Source: a virus (taxonomy: Duplodnaviria > Caudoviricetes). From it: a DNA stretch of 45,815 nucleotides. A program made the position numbers and the translations under genes. Under the pieces are notes generated by a model. The model was not told the DNA's origin. It ran no database searches and saw only the letters and a list, made by a program, of their open reading frames with translations. Shown piece after piece: positions 44,976 through 45,815 of this stretch. The stretch covers positions 1 through 45,815 of IMG/VR virus record IMGVR_UViG_3300048881_000314; one strand, given 5' to 3'. How positions within the stretch are numbered: the stretch's first letter is position 1; the number at the start of each line of letters is the position of its first letter.

Positions 44976-45815
44976 TGACTTCAAGGAATCTTTTATATTT
45001 ACGAAAAGGTGAATTGATTGTTGGTCAAAAAGTGGCCAGCACAAATGGGCCGGTTGAACCTCAAAATGCGCTTCAAATTAAAACCAGGTTAAATTTCACT
45101 ATTGAAAAAGATGAAAGTGGAAATGCTAACAAGGCAAAAATTTCAATCTATAATTTAAGCGAAGACACGAAAACTTTTTTAGAGCGTGACGACTTAGTTG
45201 TTTTCTTAAACGCGGGTTATGTTGGCGGAATATCAAATTTATTTTTTGGCGACGTTCAAAGGTTTGACGAAAAAAGAAATGGGCCGGATATTATTACAAC
45301 GCTTGAATGCGGTGACGCCGAAACTATTTTAAGGCAAGCAAATATTCAAATTGGCCTTGGTAAAAATGCTACAAATATTCAAGTGATAAACCAGGCCATT
45401 GCGAAACTTAATCTTTCGAAAGGCTTCCAGGTTCCAATTCCAAAAATTGTTTTTGCAAATGGTTATTCATTCAGCGGCCAGGTAAAAACATTACTTAATG
45501 AAATGATGGAAATGGTCGATTTAAAATGGTCGATTCAAAACGGCGAACTTCAAATTCTTGGCCCAGGTCAAAGTGATTTTCAAACGGCAATATCTTTAAG
45601 CCAAAACAGTGGTTTAATTGGTTCGCCAACAAAGTCGAAAGACGGTGTTGAATTTATCGGACTACTTAACCCGGAGATAAGGCCAGGTCGTGCGGTTGTT
45701 TTGGAATCAAAAAGATTTTTGAATGGTTCCGGTGCAACTGTTAAAGTAACTAAAACGGTATTTACTGGCGATACGCACGAAGGGCCGTGGCAAGTTAAGT
45801 GCGAAGGAATTATTC
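44975..45815 (+). CDS. Baseplate hub protein (gp27/Mu gp44-like), continues across junction to 254
   Basis: ATG 44975 (TAATG); F.IEK.....N.AKI.IYNL, L.AGY...LF.GD, ECGD, WSIQNG.LQ, GLIGSP; about 282 aa on the circle; missed by ORF track. Confidence 0.85.
   Translation, partial: MTSRNLLYLRKGELIVGQKVASTNGPVEPQNALQIKTRLNFTIEKDESGNANKAKISIYNLSEDTKTFLERDDLVVFLNAGYVGGISNLFFGDVQRFDEKRNGPDIITTLECGDAETILRQANIQIGLGKNATNIQVINQAIAKLNLSKGFQVPIPKIVFANGYSFSGQVKTLLNEMMEMVDLKWSIQNGELQILGPGQSDFQTAISLSQNSGLIGSPTKSKDGVEFIGLLNPEIRPGRAVVLESKRFLNGSGATVKVTKTVFTGDTHEGPWQVKCEGII
45570..45815. repeat. Terminal direct repeat, right copy
   Basis: Matches 1-246 with one mismatch. Confidence 0.97.

Noticed and set aside
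1-45815. Alternative genetic code or integrated prophage
   Set aside because: Genes are full length and tightly packed in code 11, the only canonical tRNA is Asp, and there are no host genes, integrase or att sites.

Overview
The window is an apparently complete, circularly permuted dsDNA myovirus genome. Bases 1-246 repeat at 45570-45815 with one synonymous mismatch, giving a unit length of about 45,569 bp. Gene order is: baseplate, tail fibre, lysis cassette, a second fibre/decoration module, recombination and replication genes, an iteron origin, an ncRNA/tRNA cluster, CsrA, terminase, head and contractile tail. The recombination/replication block has a YqaJ exonuclease, Sak4-like ATPase, SSB, DEDDh exonuclease, SF2 helicase, C5 methyltransferase, VRR-NUC, a P4-alpha-like primase-helicase and a PIF1 helicase. 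I found no integrase, CI-type repressor, DNA polymerase or CRISPR array. A lipoprotein in the lysis cassette and CsrA suggest a diderm host. A Bdellovibrionota-like host is only a weak guess. Four observations stand out. (1) The main fibre gene and its partner both carry Sec signal peptides and even numbers of cysteines, while a paralogue of the partner in the second fibre module has no signal peptide; this suggests a fibre exported to and folded in the periplasm. (2) A tRNA-like RNA has its anticodon loop replaced by a 53-nt module containing a second T-arm, inside a structured ncRNA operon. (3) A switch-like structured RNA lies between terS and terL. (4) A P4-like convergent iteron origin is flanked by four RHH-like genes. 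All family assignments come from motif recognition and synteny, not from database searches.
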